Below are positions 24,126-36,933 of a DNA stretch of 64,000 nucleotides, piece after piece. Positions within the stretch are counted from its first letter, which is position 1; every line of letters starts with the position of its first letter. This stretch comes from Paramecium tetraurelia (lineage: Eukaryota). Below the pieces are notes generated by a model. It worked only from the letters and a program-made list of their open reading frames with translations, had not been told where the DNA came from and ran no database searches. Location of the stretch: positions 124,001-188,000 of the forward strand of contig CT868130.1 of the NCBI GenBank assembly GCA_000165425.1, written 5' to 3'. A program made the translations under genes and the position numbers.

Positions 24126-25235
24126 ATGCTAAGTATGATTATTGGTATATTAAAGCACAAAATTTCTATGATTTAAGAGGAGGCGATAAGTTGAGCAGCA
24201 ATAATAGATAATTGGAGAGGTATGAGAAATTGGAAAAAATTGGAGAAGGTATTGTGTAATTCAAATGTGTTTAGGAACCTATGGTGTTGTTTATAAGGCC
24301 CGTGATTCAGTGACAAAAGAATTAGTGGCTCTTAAGAAAATCAAGCTCGAAAATGAAGATGAGGGTGTTCCCTCCACTGCTATGAGAGAGATATCAATTT
24401 TGAAAGAACTTCAACCTCATCCAAATATTGTGGGTTTGAAAGAGGTCATTTATTAGCCTAATGAGAAGAAACTCTATTTAGTTTTTGAATATGTTGAAAT
24501 GGATTTTAAAAAATTCCTTGATTAAAATAAACACAATCTCACAATTAGTTAAATCAAAGTAAGTATAAGAACACTATAATTAATAGCATTTCACATTCTA
24601 AATCTTGAATGGTCTCAATTATTGTCACTCTAGACGAATCATTCACAGAGATCTAAAACCATAGAATATTTTAATTGACAAATCAACAGGGATCATCAAA
24701 TTGGCAGACTTTGGTTTGGCAAGAGCCTTCGGTGTTCCAATAAAAACTCTGACTCACGAAGTCGAGACTCTCTGGTATAGAGCTCCTGAGATCTTATTAT
24801 CCTAAAAATAATATTCTTTGGGAGTTGATATCTGGTCTGTCGGATGTATTCTCACAGAAATGGTTGAAAAACATGGACTCTTCTGTGGTGATAGTGAAAT
24901 CGATTAGATCTTTAAAATTTTCTAATATCATGGGACACCCACTGTCCAAGATTGGCCAAACATCGCCGATCTACCTGATTTCAAACCTACATTCCCTCGT
25001 TTCAGAGCAACACCGCCAGAACAATTTTTTAAGAACTTTGATAAGGTAGGATTATTGTATTAATGGATAGGTTGGCTTAGACTTGGTTACCAAAATGATA
25101 GCTTTGGATCCAGCGAAACGAATCTATGTTAAGGAGGCGATGAAGCATCCATTCTTCGATGATTTAAACAAGGAGGACATTGTCAAGTATTTTCCTCCAG
25201 GATAACAAAACTTGGCTATGCAGTATGGAAAATGA
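24126..25235 (+). CDS. Cyclin-dependent kinase, CDK1/cdc2-like (PSTAMRE)
   Basis: [65 protein letters not shown]; four tiny introns. The start codon is inferred via a first intron. Confidence 0.96.
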
Positions 25236-25255
25236 ATTAATTAAATAATATAAAT

Positions 25256-25970
25256 ATGGCAGATACGATTATAAATTACACGGAATTGTAGAATGAGTAT
25301 AAAGATATGGCCTAAATGATCATCCAAAACTTTGAGTCTACATGCTTTGATTAGAGAATGGAGGCGTTTCTTTAAGGAATGCTTAATAAGGATTGGGTGC
25401 AGGCTATGACTAACAGCCATACTCTAAAGGGTTCTGCAGGGTAAAAGTTAAATTACTACCCAGTTACATCAAGGCTGGCCCATTTATAGATACTATCAAG
25501 ATTTTTTAGTAGTTTGTCAAAGATCATTGCATACTTATTTAATATCCTGATAGCCAACCTCCCACTGTTGACAGGCCACAATACCGCTTGAAAGATGAAT
25601 TTGATGATGAAAAAAAAATGCAGGCGTATGAATATTTCCATCCCATAATCGAATAAGCACGATTGCTCAAATTTGAAATGTCTAAATACTCTGGCTCGGT
25701 TGTTGCAGATAATATCTTTCTAGCTGAAGGTATAGGATTTACGTCATATTTCAAGGAGAGAAGATTTAGAAAATGCATGAGGAACTAAGACAAAGAAGAC
25801 TATTAAACAAGAGCCAAGGAACCATTTAAACTTAATAGCAAATCAATTCAGGAGTTCCAGATTCAGGCTCATAATAGGGACAAATGGTTAATTCGGTCTT
25901 ACATGTCGTCGTTGTGGATCAACCATAAAGCGGAAACAGTTCATGTTGTGATAAATGTGCAATTTTCTGA
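25256..25970 (+). CDS. Histidine phosphotransfer (HPt) domain protein with C-terminal CaaX
   Basis: 221-aa model (introns 25441-25463 and 25730-25755). DWVQAMTNSHTLKGSAGYIKA matches the HPt signature H-x-L-K-G-S-S/A-x-x-I-G/K-A; ends SSCCDKCAIF*. Confidence 0.8.
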
Positions 25971-26387
25971 TTTTTGATTTTAATTGGTTTGTTCTTTTGT
26001 AATTTTAAATATGCAATTTCTGAGTGCGTGCCAAAAAAACTTCTCCATTCTGACTTCATACTTGCAAGGAAATCACGAAAAAAACAATGTCTAAACGAAA
26101 CACTCAAGAGAACTCATTCCCTTTAAAATTTTGATATATTATTTCTTAATAAATAAAGCCTTTAATCCATAAATTAAATATAAATTTTTTATAAATAATT
26201 GCCAACAACTTAATTTTAAGTTGCTCTAATTGTTATATGATAATCAGATTATTATTCCATTTCAATGATAAAATAATGAAAATATCTGATTATTCATAAA
26301 TTTACTTTTTTATATTAGTGATAAAATCAATAATCTAATACATATTTATGAAATTATTATTGAGATTCTAATTTTGTATCCCTAATA

Positions 26388-27902
26388 ATGGACCCAGAAA
26401 CACCCACAAATCATAAATTAGACTGTGAAAGACCTAAATTATATCAATACAGATGGATCATAGTGTCATTTTATATCTTAGCCGTTTTCGTTAACAATAT
26501 CCCTGGAGAAATTTATGTTTCCGTTTCTAATGAGCTTATAGGAATTTATGATACTTCAGAAACTTTAGTGACTATGGCAGCTACAAGCTATATGATAATG
26601 CACCCAATTTTATCGATTCCTTGTTCTTAATGTACATAATCCTGTTTAATAGATCAGTCATCGTAAATTATGGATGGGCAGCAGCCTCAAAAATTGGAGT
26701 AATTTTAACAATTCTTGGAAGCTTATTAAAACTATTCGTTAATTAAACAGAGTATCATCTACTTATTATATAGTTTTTACTTGATTGTGATTGGTTAAAT
26801 TTTAATTGGAGCTGGAAAGCCCTTCATTCTTAATTGTTAGGCCACAATGGCTTAAAATTGGTTTTATCCAGAAGCAAGACCCATCATAATAACGGTGATG
26901 AATGTGCTAAACCTTTTCTCTAGTGTGCTTACGTTTATGATACCGGGTAAGTTTATATTTTCGGGCTATAAGTACGATGGATCAAATGAATCAATAGAAA
27001 AAGGAATGGAATTAGTAAATAAACTCAATAGGACATTGTTTTACTTTGCAATAGCTCTGTTGCCATGCCTCTTGACTTTAAAGAATACTCCTCCAACACC
27101 TCCTTCAGAGTTGGTTAAATAAGAAGAAAAATCTAAAAATATAAAAAGGACACTTATCAAAATTTTTACTAATAAACAATTTCTGTTTTGTTTTTAAGCC
27201 TACGCTCTGTTTATGGGATTGACAAAATCGTTGATGATTGTCTTAGCCTTTCTTTTAAAAGCTTGCGGTTAGGGCAAGGAACAGGTCTCTGTAGCAGGTT
27301 CAATTGTGAATATCAGTGCTGTTGCATCATTGGCATTGTTAGCGGGAATATTAAAGAAATATACAAACAGAAGAAAATAAATAGCAATTTTAATGATGAT
27401 ACTCTCAATTTCATCATTGGTTTTATTTTATTTTTGTCTAATCAGTGAGAATAAAATTGCAATATACATCTCGATAGGCATAGTAGGACTGTTTATTATG
27501 CCAAATGTCCCATTATTGATGGATATGAGTTGTGATTCTATATTTCCTATAAATGCAAGTTTTGCAGTTGGAATTATGTACATAGGATCGCGAATATTCT
27601 TAGTATTTTTTTCATAATTTTTGGCTATTGTGGTAGGTGGATCTGATAGCAATAAAGGTAGAGTCACACTCACATTTTCAATTGAAGTGATTGTCCTATT
27701 ATGTTCAGTTACAATTTTCAGCTTTACAAATATTAAACTAAAAACAGCAGTTATGGAAGTTGATTTATTAGATGGTGAATCTAATCAAAAGATTTCATTT
27801 TGTGACAATGCTACTTAGACTCCTATTATGGAATCTACTCAATAAACTCCTCAAACCAACGTGTAAAAGAGATCTATATTAGAATTAAATCAGAAATCTT
27901 GA
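26388..27902 (+). CDS. MFS transporter, FLVCR/SLC49-like
   Basis: KLYQYRWIIV N-terminal motif, GQILIGAGKPFILN, AQNWFYPEAR, PPTPPS loop, about 12 hydrophobic segments. Confidence 0.88.
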
Positions 27903-27933
27903 ATAATAAGGAAATATATTTTAAATTAAATTA

Positions 27934-29637
27934 TCATGGTTTTTAGAGATAAGCTATGACAATTGATATATCATCTACAACTTCATCTTCCTAATGCCAT
28001 CTTTAAGTTGAGAGTTTTACAATATGATCGCATATCTCATCTATTCTCTTAGCTGTCATATTGGGTTGCCAATGTGAAACAACAATCTTTTAGATTTCTT
28101 CATTTGAAAAGAATTCCCACACTCCATCACTTGCTACAACTAAGAATGCACAATTGGCATTCATTTTGTAATGAATGATTTCTGGTTCACAACTCACTCC
28201 AACAGTTGATGCCACATAATCTCCAAAGGATCTACTCATGGCCAGTCCTGGAATTTGTTCATGTAATAACCAGACTCTTGGTGGACCAATCATCTCTCCG
28301 TTTTCACTGATAAATGGTTCAACTCTTCCTTTTGATGAGATGATTCTTTTGTATTCATTAGGTAGATCTGGTTTATGATCATTGCTCAATTCAATAGTTT
28401 TCCATTTTTAATTATTCTATTACTGAATTAAAATCTAAAGGAATATTTTAAATCAAGTTTACTGATCTTGAGTCTCCTATGTTGGCACACCATAAATGAG
28501 GTCCAGAAACTAAAACCAAAGAGCAAGTTGTTCCACTAAATGTAATATCAATTCCACTGTTGGATAAATCCTTTTGCATTTTCGAGAAGCCTTAAATCAT
28601 GGCTTTTGATATGTCAGTGAAATGATTTTCGCCTATGTCTTTCTCTTACATTCCGACATTGGATTTAATTTGTTGATCTATTATATTTGGTAACAACTTC
28701 TTAACTAATTAAGACGCATAATGTCCATAGACACCATGGCCATCACAAACTGAAAAGATGTATCTATTTTTAATTCCACCCAAACTGTTAGTAGCAATCA
28801 CACTGTCTTAATTGGTTTTGGTTTAGCCTGATCCATTTTAGCCAGCTTGGGATCTTATATTCATATCTCAATACTTAGAGTAATACAAAGTGACGTAATC
28901 TTGCATTTCATTGTCAGCCACAATAGTGTTTACTAACCCTGCTTGACTGGTTGATCGACCATATAGCATCATCATTTAATTAGTGGGCTTTGGTTTAATG
29001 TCTTGATCGATGGTTTGGGATGCCAATTTTGCCCTTGAAACTGAGGGTCTAGAATTAGGAGTGGCGTCAGAGATCAATTTTATTATTGATCCTCTGATTA
29101 ATTACTAGATTGCTTAGCTAACTAATTACTGAAGGGGTTCCATCTGTTTTGGTATCCTTTCTTTTTGAACTTTGGATCTCTTACAAGGTTTCATCTTTGA
29201 TTAGTAAATTGCTATTTATCTGAGTGTCTGCTCTTCGAAGATTTGGTAGTTTCATTGGAGATAATGACTAGATATAGATTCGAAATACTTCAACGTTGGT
29301 TGCTCCATTAATTACTCTCTTCTTTGGGGATGAACTTGTTGACTATAATGGTCTTTATTATTGGGTCTATGAAAATCGTATTATTAGCTACAAATTAGAA
29401 TTTGTCTTCCTGCTTGGGATTTGCCGTGAATCGTTTCACATTAAATTTACCCTTAATTGGTGATTGCCCATTTCTTGAATCAAATTTGAATTTTTACAAT
29501 ACGGGAGACATATTTAAAAGCAATGGTTTTTCAAGTAGTTTTGGAGTCTGCTTCTTCTTTAACTATGGCGAACTCGAAGTGCTTTGAGTATTTTGTTAGT
29601 CATTGAATTTCAAAGGAAATACTCTGACCGGATTCAT
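27934..29637 (-). CDS. Protein phosphatase 2C (PPM) with long low-complexity N-terminus
   Basis: KTNQD, VCDGHGVYGH, SGTTC, ANIGDSR, DHKP, GLAMSRSFGD, VASDGVWEF, DDISI. Confidence 0.95.
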
Positions 29638-29670
29638 TATATAAATTATATATAATAAGTTATGTAATTT

Positions 29671-30929
29671 TCATTATTTCTTTTGGTACCAAGTTGGGTA
29701 TAATTTTGGGGCGATTTCAGGTTGAATTGAGAGTTCCTCTAAAAATAATACTTACTCATTCATTACCCTTAGTAAAATCAAAAAAGTCTGGTAAAGTCTA
29801 ATTGGGAATGCCGAACCCTGCTTGTCTTATGTCATTAAAGAAAGGATGTGCCAAGGCTTCTAACGGTCTCAATCTTTCTTTAGGAGGATACACCATCAAC
29901 TTAGAAATTAGATCAATAAACAAGGCGTCTGGTTTGAATTTAGCAAACACCTAGAATGTCATTGACAATTATCCAGTACCTTTTGCCAGGGGTGACATTT
30001 GATGAGGGGAAACTTAAAATCTTTGTGTTAAGGATTCATCATTTTGACCTGTTCTTACGTTGGAGTTCCCAATATTTTAATAATCTCAACTAACTGATCT
30101 GTTGCACTTTCTCCTGGAAAGAGAGGCTCTCCAATAAGCATCTCTGCAATTACACAACCGATGGACCAAACATCGATTGCTGTACTGTATTCAGTAGCTC
30201 CATAAATTAATTCAGGGGCTCTATAATAACGAGAGCAAATGTAGGCCACATTCGGCTCCCCTTTTTGGAGTTTCTTGGCAGATCCGAAATCACATATCTT
30301 CAGTACGTGAGTTGCTGGATCAACTAATATATTTTATGGTTTAATATCCCTATGGCAAATACCGATTCCTATTTTTAAACTAGTGATGTTACCTTCCATA
30401 TATGCTAGAGCTCTGAACATCTGATATCCATAAACTTTTAATAAGACATTAGGAAATTGCTATTTGGCTTTTCTGTAATATCTAACTACTTTGCTTAATG
30501 TATCAGGTATATAATCCATAACCAAATTCAAATAAACATCATCACCCTAATAATCAAATGCATATGTACTTTATCTCCTTAAGTGAAAAAGGCTTCCTTT
30601 AACTTGATTACACATGGATGATTGAGTTCTTAAATGATCAAATGCTCCCTGTTTTTGTATCTCTTATCCTGAAACACTTTCTTGATGGCTACTTTCTCTC
30701 CTGATACTGAATTGGTGGCCTAAGACGATGGATAATGTGTCATACTAAATAAACCATTCCGAAAGTGCCATTTCCAACTATTTAGTTAAGAGTATATTTT
30801 TGGGCTTAATCGGATCTCTAAAATATAGATGGCATAACAAACCTATTGTTGCTGATTTTCATCATTTGCCAATGTTGCAACGCGTGTACTTGGTTTTGTC
30901 GGCTGTTATTATTAAGCTTTCTTTAACAT
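29671..30929 (-). CDS. GSK3: Glycogen synthase kinase 3 / shaggy-like kinase
   Basis: [60 protein letters not shown]; several tiny introns. Confidence 0.96.
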
Positions 30930-31044
30930 AATTATTTATATTATCACAAATTCAAATACTAAGAAACTAAAAATTACAAACTTGAATTGCTCGTGTATTT
31001 GTTTAGAACATAATAATAATTATTATTTTATAATCGTACTTCCA

Positions 31045-33638
31045 ATGTCAAATAATGCAGTTAGCGATATTGAAATTTAGAAGCAAGCCCAATAGCAATA
31101 AAATAATATACTTGCCATCTTGAAGTCTGGCAACGCAACTGTTGTCAATGAGAAATTGTAGAGATGTCGAGATTTCAAAGAGGGCAAAGACATCCCAGTC
31201 CCTTTCTGTTATAAAGGTATACCAACTTCCACATTATCCCTAGAAAACTCTCCCAAAGAGGAATTAGTATTGGAGCATGTGCAATAATTTTAAAAACAGT
31301 TTCAATTGCATTACGATGAAAGAAGAAATCTTTTCCTCTATCCCAAAAATGAGTGCGATCTCTATAAATTTATCTGCACAACCTTGCGTCCCCAAAAAAT
31401 TGGCTATCTAGAACTCTATAATTACGAATAATGTGCAAGATATATGAGTTTTTTCATTGCTTATGAATAATTGGATCCTCCCGATCAATTTCCCAAGGTT
31501 ATTCCCAGTCCAACCAACGTTGCTAGGTGGCAGAAAGGTGATTGCTTTGATTTAGCCATGCTCCTATGCAGCGTTTTGATAGGAGTTGGCTATGATGCTT
31601 ATTGTGTTTATGGAACAGCTCCTAGATCAATAACTAGTAAAAATGAATCAGATCTTGAATACATCTTCATCAACAATGGAATCAAAGAGGATGATGAAGA
31701 CAAAGATAAAGACAATGATGAACTCAAAGATAATGAATTTGCCATCCTTCCAAAAGAAGAAATCGTCTCAAAATATGACACCAAAATATAGAAGTAAAAG
31801 GAAGAGTTTGAAAAAGAATAAAAACGAATAGCTCTTACTATTGATGATGATGAACCTGATCAAATGGGAGCAGATTACTATGCTGGGAAGAGAATTCATT
31901 GCTGGATTCTCTTGAAAGCAGGGAAAAGAGGAGTTGAAAGAAATCTCTTTATTGAACCTGCAACTGGAAGGATCTATCAAATCAATGAAAGTCCATTTTT
32001 AACTGTAGATGCAGTTTTTAACAATAAGAACTTTTGGATCAATATGAAACTTGAATCCAAAGTTGCAGATTTAAATTTCGATGAAATGGATACCTCTATG
32101 AATTGGGAATACGTCATGTTGGATACTCTCGTTGAACAGAGTTAATAAGATGATGAAGATTACAATTATGGTGAAGATCATAATCAATAATAAAAACAAG
32201 TCGATCCTTAATAATAATAATTATAAGACATTGCTCAGATCTTAGATATGCCACCTCCTTGGCCTCCTAAATTGTTTATTGACAAAGAGGCCTTTCTCAA
32301 AGGAACTCCCCTAGGAGAGTCTACAGTCTTTTATAAGAAATGTAAAATAGATTCCTATGCCCCATATTCGCAAGAAAAGGATGGATTAGTTTAGAGATAT
32401 ACTATTTATCAGGATTATAAAAGATTGAAAGTCTATGAAATTAGATACTTCTACAAACACAGATCTGACAAATTAGTTTTGAAAAGAAGATTCCCCTATG
32501 AATTTAAGACCATTGAAGAGTATGAACCAGGAAATAAACCTTAAAGAAAGACTATTACTACAATAGATAGATAATTAAGGATCATTTTATATCTATCCAA
32601 CGTAGAAATCACGATGGTTTAATAAAAAGAATTGAAAAAATTGGAGAGAAAACAATTGAAGAATACGAGAACAGAGATGATAGAGTTATATATAGGTCTG
32701 TTAGATTTGATGCTAAAGATAAGAAATTTGAATAAAGAGATTTAATTCATAATGATAGATATATGGGATAAGTCAAGATCACTAAAATGACTTAAAAATA
32801 TGAATTGAGTGAATTGTACCCAGCTAGTGAGTAGCCACAAAAGGTTGTTATAGACTTGGTTAAAAATGTTATCAGGTAATAATAAGAATTATGATTTTAG
32901 AGTCTATTATCATATGAATAAAGGAGAAATCAATCCATAAGTCAAAGAGTTGAAGAGAGAGAATATGCACGGATTAGGAAAGTTAAATGAAACGGGAGTG
33001 GAGAAAAAAAATGAAGATGCTTTGGTTTCTTAAGAGAATCAAAGAATAGCAAATTTAGGTATATGTAGTTTCATTGTTAGAAAAGGAATGTTTAACCCAT
33101 ATTAAAAATCAAGAAGATGAAGTAAAGAAGGATGAAGAACAATTGAGATCTTAAGATCTCAAACTTGAAAAAACACTTCATGACAAAGCTAGAGAAAGAT
33201 ACAAAGAAACATTAAAGAAGTCTGAAGAAGAAAAATAAAGGGAATAAGCAGACAAAGATTACCTATTTCCATATTTGGAAAAGAGAAAGTTGTTAGGGAA
33301 GGAAGTACTTAATTACAATGAAGCTTTGGATATATAAAAAGATGTTATGACTAAATTGAAGGAGCGGTTTTAATTTACATTTTACTTTTAGTTTGCTCTC
33401 TAGAGCAGCCATCATCCAAAAAAAATTAGAGGAAGAAAGAGCTAAATTAGATCAAGCTGAATAAATGTAGTAGAAAAAGGCAGATCCAGATGATAATGAA
33501 TATATCAATATCCAATTTAGAATTGATATTTTGGAGTAAAGAGCTATTAGATTTGAATCCTAAGCACTTCTTAAATATGAGGAAATGGATAGAAAACTTA
33601 AGGAAGATAAAAGATTGAATGAACTAAAAAAGAAATGA
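31045..33638 (+). CDS. DRC7: Dynein regulatory complex subunit 7 (CCDC135)
   Basis: NSPKEELVL, KFICTTLRP, QKGDCFDLAMLLCSVLIGVGYDAYCVYG, RIHCWIL, LDMPPPW, C-terminal FRIDILEQRA. Confidence 0.9.
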
Positions 33639-33713
33639 AAGATTATATTGCCATTTTTATAAAGCGAAAACAAATAAAAATTACTATTATAATTAATTAT
33701 TGGAACACCTTAT

Positions 33714-33968
33714 TCAACAATTTTCAAATAAATTATTATCAAAGTCAATACTTTATTTCTTATCATTTTTCTTAACTTATTTTTAGTTTTATACAACCTT
33801 AACTTTTTGCTATTATTGATCGTCAGAATTTTCATCTGAATCATATCCTGTTTTGATAACTTTATTGACCTTCTTGGTTTATTAATTTTATTTTTATTAA
33901 ACTGTTTATTACTATTATTTTTAACTATGTGATTATTATTACTATTATTATTATTATTATTATTGTTA

Positions 33969-34000
<32 letters not shown>

Positions 34001-35177
34001 TACTTTACTTATTTTACTTTTATTTTTCATCATTTTATTTTTATTATCCAACATTCTATGCTTATTTATCTAATTTAGCTTTATCTACGATTTGTTATTA
34101 GGTATTATTTATTTGATCTTCATTAGATTAAGCAAGTTTAGGATGTTTTTTGGTTCCAAAATTATTTTCTTCTTCAAGATCCTATTTTTATTAGGGTAAG
34201 GCTTTTATTTATTAATTTTCTTAGACTTTTTATTATGCTTAAGATTATGTTGGATTTTGTTATTTCTCTTTTTTTGATGCCTCCTTTTAATTCTATGCTG
34301 TGATGACTTCAGAGTTTTAAGCATTTTCTTTTTCTTTTTACTCTTTGCTTTTGTCTCTGTTTTAGTTGGTTGGCTCCTTAGTCTCTTTTTTACTTTATAC
34401 CTCATTTTATTGTTAGTTTTCTTTCACATTAGTCGATTCATGTTATTGAATTTCCTCTTAGATTTAATTTTTTTAATCTTTGTTAGTTTAATTCTCCTTA
34501 TTTTTTGTTTCTTTATTTTCTTTTGTATTATCTTATTGTAATTATTCTTATAGATTCTATGCTTGTTACTTTGATTTCTCTTCTTCCTGTTTGTTTTTGT
34601 TTTATTATTTCTATTATTTCTTAGTCAATTATTCCTTGTCTTTTTGTTATTATTATTATAACTATTTTTGATTTTAATTATTTTGAGGTATTTTATTTGT
34701 TTGTTTATCATCTTGTGATTATTGTTATTATGGTAAAGTTCTTGGCGGGGAAATATCCGGTAAATTTTCTACTAATTTGTTTTGCTCCTTCTGTTGCTTA
34801 TTTCTTCTTTTTGATCCTTCATTTTATTCAATTTTAACTTGTGATTTCTTTTTTGGTTCTATAATTTCGCAAGTGATAAACGTTTGATCATCAAGGACAT
34901 GTCCAATTTACATTTGTTTAGGAATCACAACCAAATAGCCATTTTATTTTATGTTTTTGACTTAGAATTGCTATATCTCCTCGGCATCAGGATCCTCTCT
35001 TTAAGTATATACAAATGAATTAGCTATCTGTACTTCCAGATTCTAATTGATAATATACTAAATTACTTATTAAGTGCGATCTACTGTTGCAATGAATTGT
35101 TTGTGTCCTGTATTAACGAAAAGACGAATAAATTGTCGTTGTGGAGCTTCAGGTGGTTTATTTAAAAATAAATCCAT
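33714..35177 (-). CDS. Hypothetical Q/E/K-rich low-complexity protein with small folded N-terminal domain
   Basis: MDLFLNKPPEAPQRQFIRLFVNTGHKQFIATVDRT...; long TGA-free Gln-rich frame ending SIDFDNNLFENC*. Confidence 0.7.
33940..34000 (-). repeat. TAA/CAA trinucleotide tract encoding poly-Gln
   Basis: (tta/ttg)n run on the + strand, in frame with the surrounding minus-strand gene. Confidence 0.8.
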
Positions 35178-35186
35178 TAATTAAAA

Positions 35187-36933
35187 TCAATAATTTTATG
35201 ATTATAATAATCTTTGTATACACTCTTCTATTGTTGAGCACTGCAGGTAGAGTTAGTTTTGGAAATGTAATTTATGGTGCTGGAGCCAATTTAGCTGTTT
35301 TTCACATTTGATAAAATAGTCAGCCATAAAAAGTAATTCCTTATCTTTTTTGTTTTCCTCAAAGGGTATAATTGGAATTCCATTCTCCAACTAATAAATG
35401 TAACAATACGCAGAATTATCTATTATTGCCATGTTCTAATGATATACATATAGTTTACTTCTAATTTTCTGCCTTCGATCACTCTTAGATCCTTAACTAG
35501 AAGTCCTTCTTCTAATTCTAAGCAACTTTCCCTATAGAACCGATATGAGAAGAGATTTCCTTTTGGATCAATGTACTCCAAAATTTTATCAGCATATTCT
35601 TTATAAGATGCAGTGAATAGAATCAACTCATAATACTATGATAAAGCTTTTAACATTTATTAACAATGCGGCCTTATATTAAAACGAATCTACTATTATT
35701 TAAATCAGTATACTTCTGTCTCTGGTTCATTTGGGATGTGAATAACAGTTGTATGATCAGTGGAATTGTTATTGATATCGTTGCAGTGAATTAATGTTTC
35801 ATCCAGATCAAACACTAGTGTTTTAACGGTATCAGATGAAAAGTGAGGTTTTTTTGGTGGATTTAATAACTTTGTAGTCAAAGGCTTCTATGAACTCAAC
35901 TAAGAACAATGCTTTAAAGAGTTAAAGGTTAAATTAAAGTGATCACAGAATTTAGTTTTAAAATAGTCCTTTTACTCTTGAAATTCAATTTTAAATTGCA
36001 CTTAATAAGGAGATGTATTTGGAAAAAACTCTTCCCTCAGGAAATGAACAACAGATGTCTAATAGTATTTTGCTTCTTTAAAGATCGGCCTAATCACAGT
36101 CTAATATAAGATAAAGATTACTAGAATAGCTTATAACTTTCCATTTTAATTGTCACTCTGATAGCTAGAAGGAGAATGACCTCGTGTTGTATTAGCAGTC
36201 TTCGCAATTTGAGTAGTAGGAGAGAATGATTATCTGGATGGAATTTATCTAGTAGACATAAGTTGTGGATGCTTCTCAAGTTATGGTTTAGTGTTTGTGT
36301 CTTTCTTTGGATTCGCTTTCTTCAATAGCATTTTTTGAATATTTTTTTATTCCTCTTTATACCTTTCATTTTATTAGGTTTTTATTCTTTAATCCAATTT
36401 ATTTACATCAGGGTGCTTTGAGTTAATTTTTGATTTTTCTTAGGTGATCTTCTATTATGTAGTTAAGACTTAATTTTTAATTGTCAATCTCTAAGATTAT
36501 GGCATAGTTGGCTGATTCTATTTTTTGGTTGGAGTTATTTCTTTTGGTTATTTGAATTATGAAGATGTTCTATTCTTTGTTTAATCAAATTCAACTACAA
36601 TTGAATAACTTTTGGTGGGTCTGTTAGTGTTTGGTACTTTAGAGGGTTAATTCAAATTTTTCTATTTAAATGCTTTTAAAATATCTGTATATTTTGTTGT
36701 AGGGCTAATATTGCCATTTTAAACTCTAATCATTTCTGGAGTATTGGCTTTGTTATCAATTCTGTTCTGAATATATTAAATAAGGATTACTGTGCTTTAT
36801 TCATAATTTTATTTTCAGCAGATTGGCCACGATAGACTTTCTTAGAACACTCCTCCTATTTTGGCTGCTATTGTTAGGTCAACCTTGGCTTGCCGATCAA
36901 ACTGGGAATAAACCTTTATGTATTTAATTTCAT
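35187..36933 (-). CDS. CTD small phosphatase-like (SCP/FCP1, NIF) HAD phosphatase
   Basis: TLVFDLDETLIHC, NIRPH, ILFTASYKEYADKIL, LVKDLR, DNSAYC, LENGIPIIPF. Confidence 0.92.

Noticed and set aside
26005..26125. SECIS element or selenoprotein signal
   Set aside because: ATGA and GA are present, but the required helix II pairing and apical AA spacing do not fit, and no neighbouring gene has a convincing in-frame Sec TGA.
33710..34405. Poly-Asn and Lys-rich ORFs in the supplied track
   Set aside because: Wrong frame; the continuous ciliate-code frame reads poly-Gln from TAA/CAA repeats.
24126..36933. Functional cluster of signalling genes (CDK, HPt, PP2C, GSK3, SCP phosphatase)
   Set aside because: Kinases and phosphatases are very abundant in ciliate genomes, strands are mixed and unrelated genes are interleaved, so there is no evidence beyond chance adjacency.
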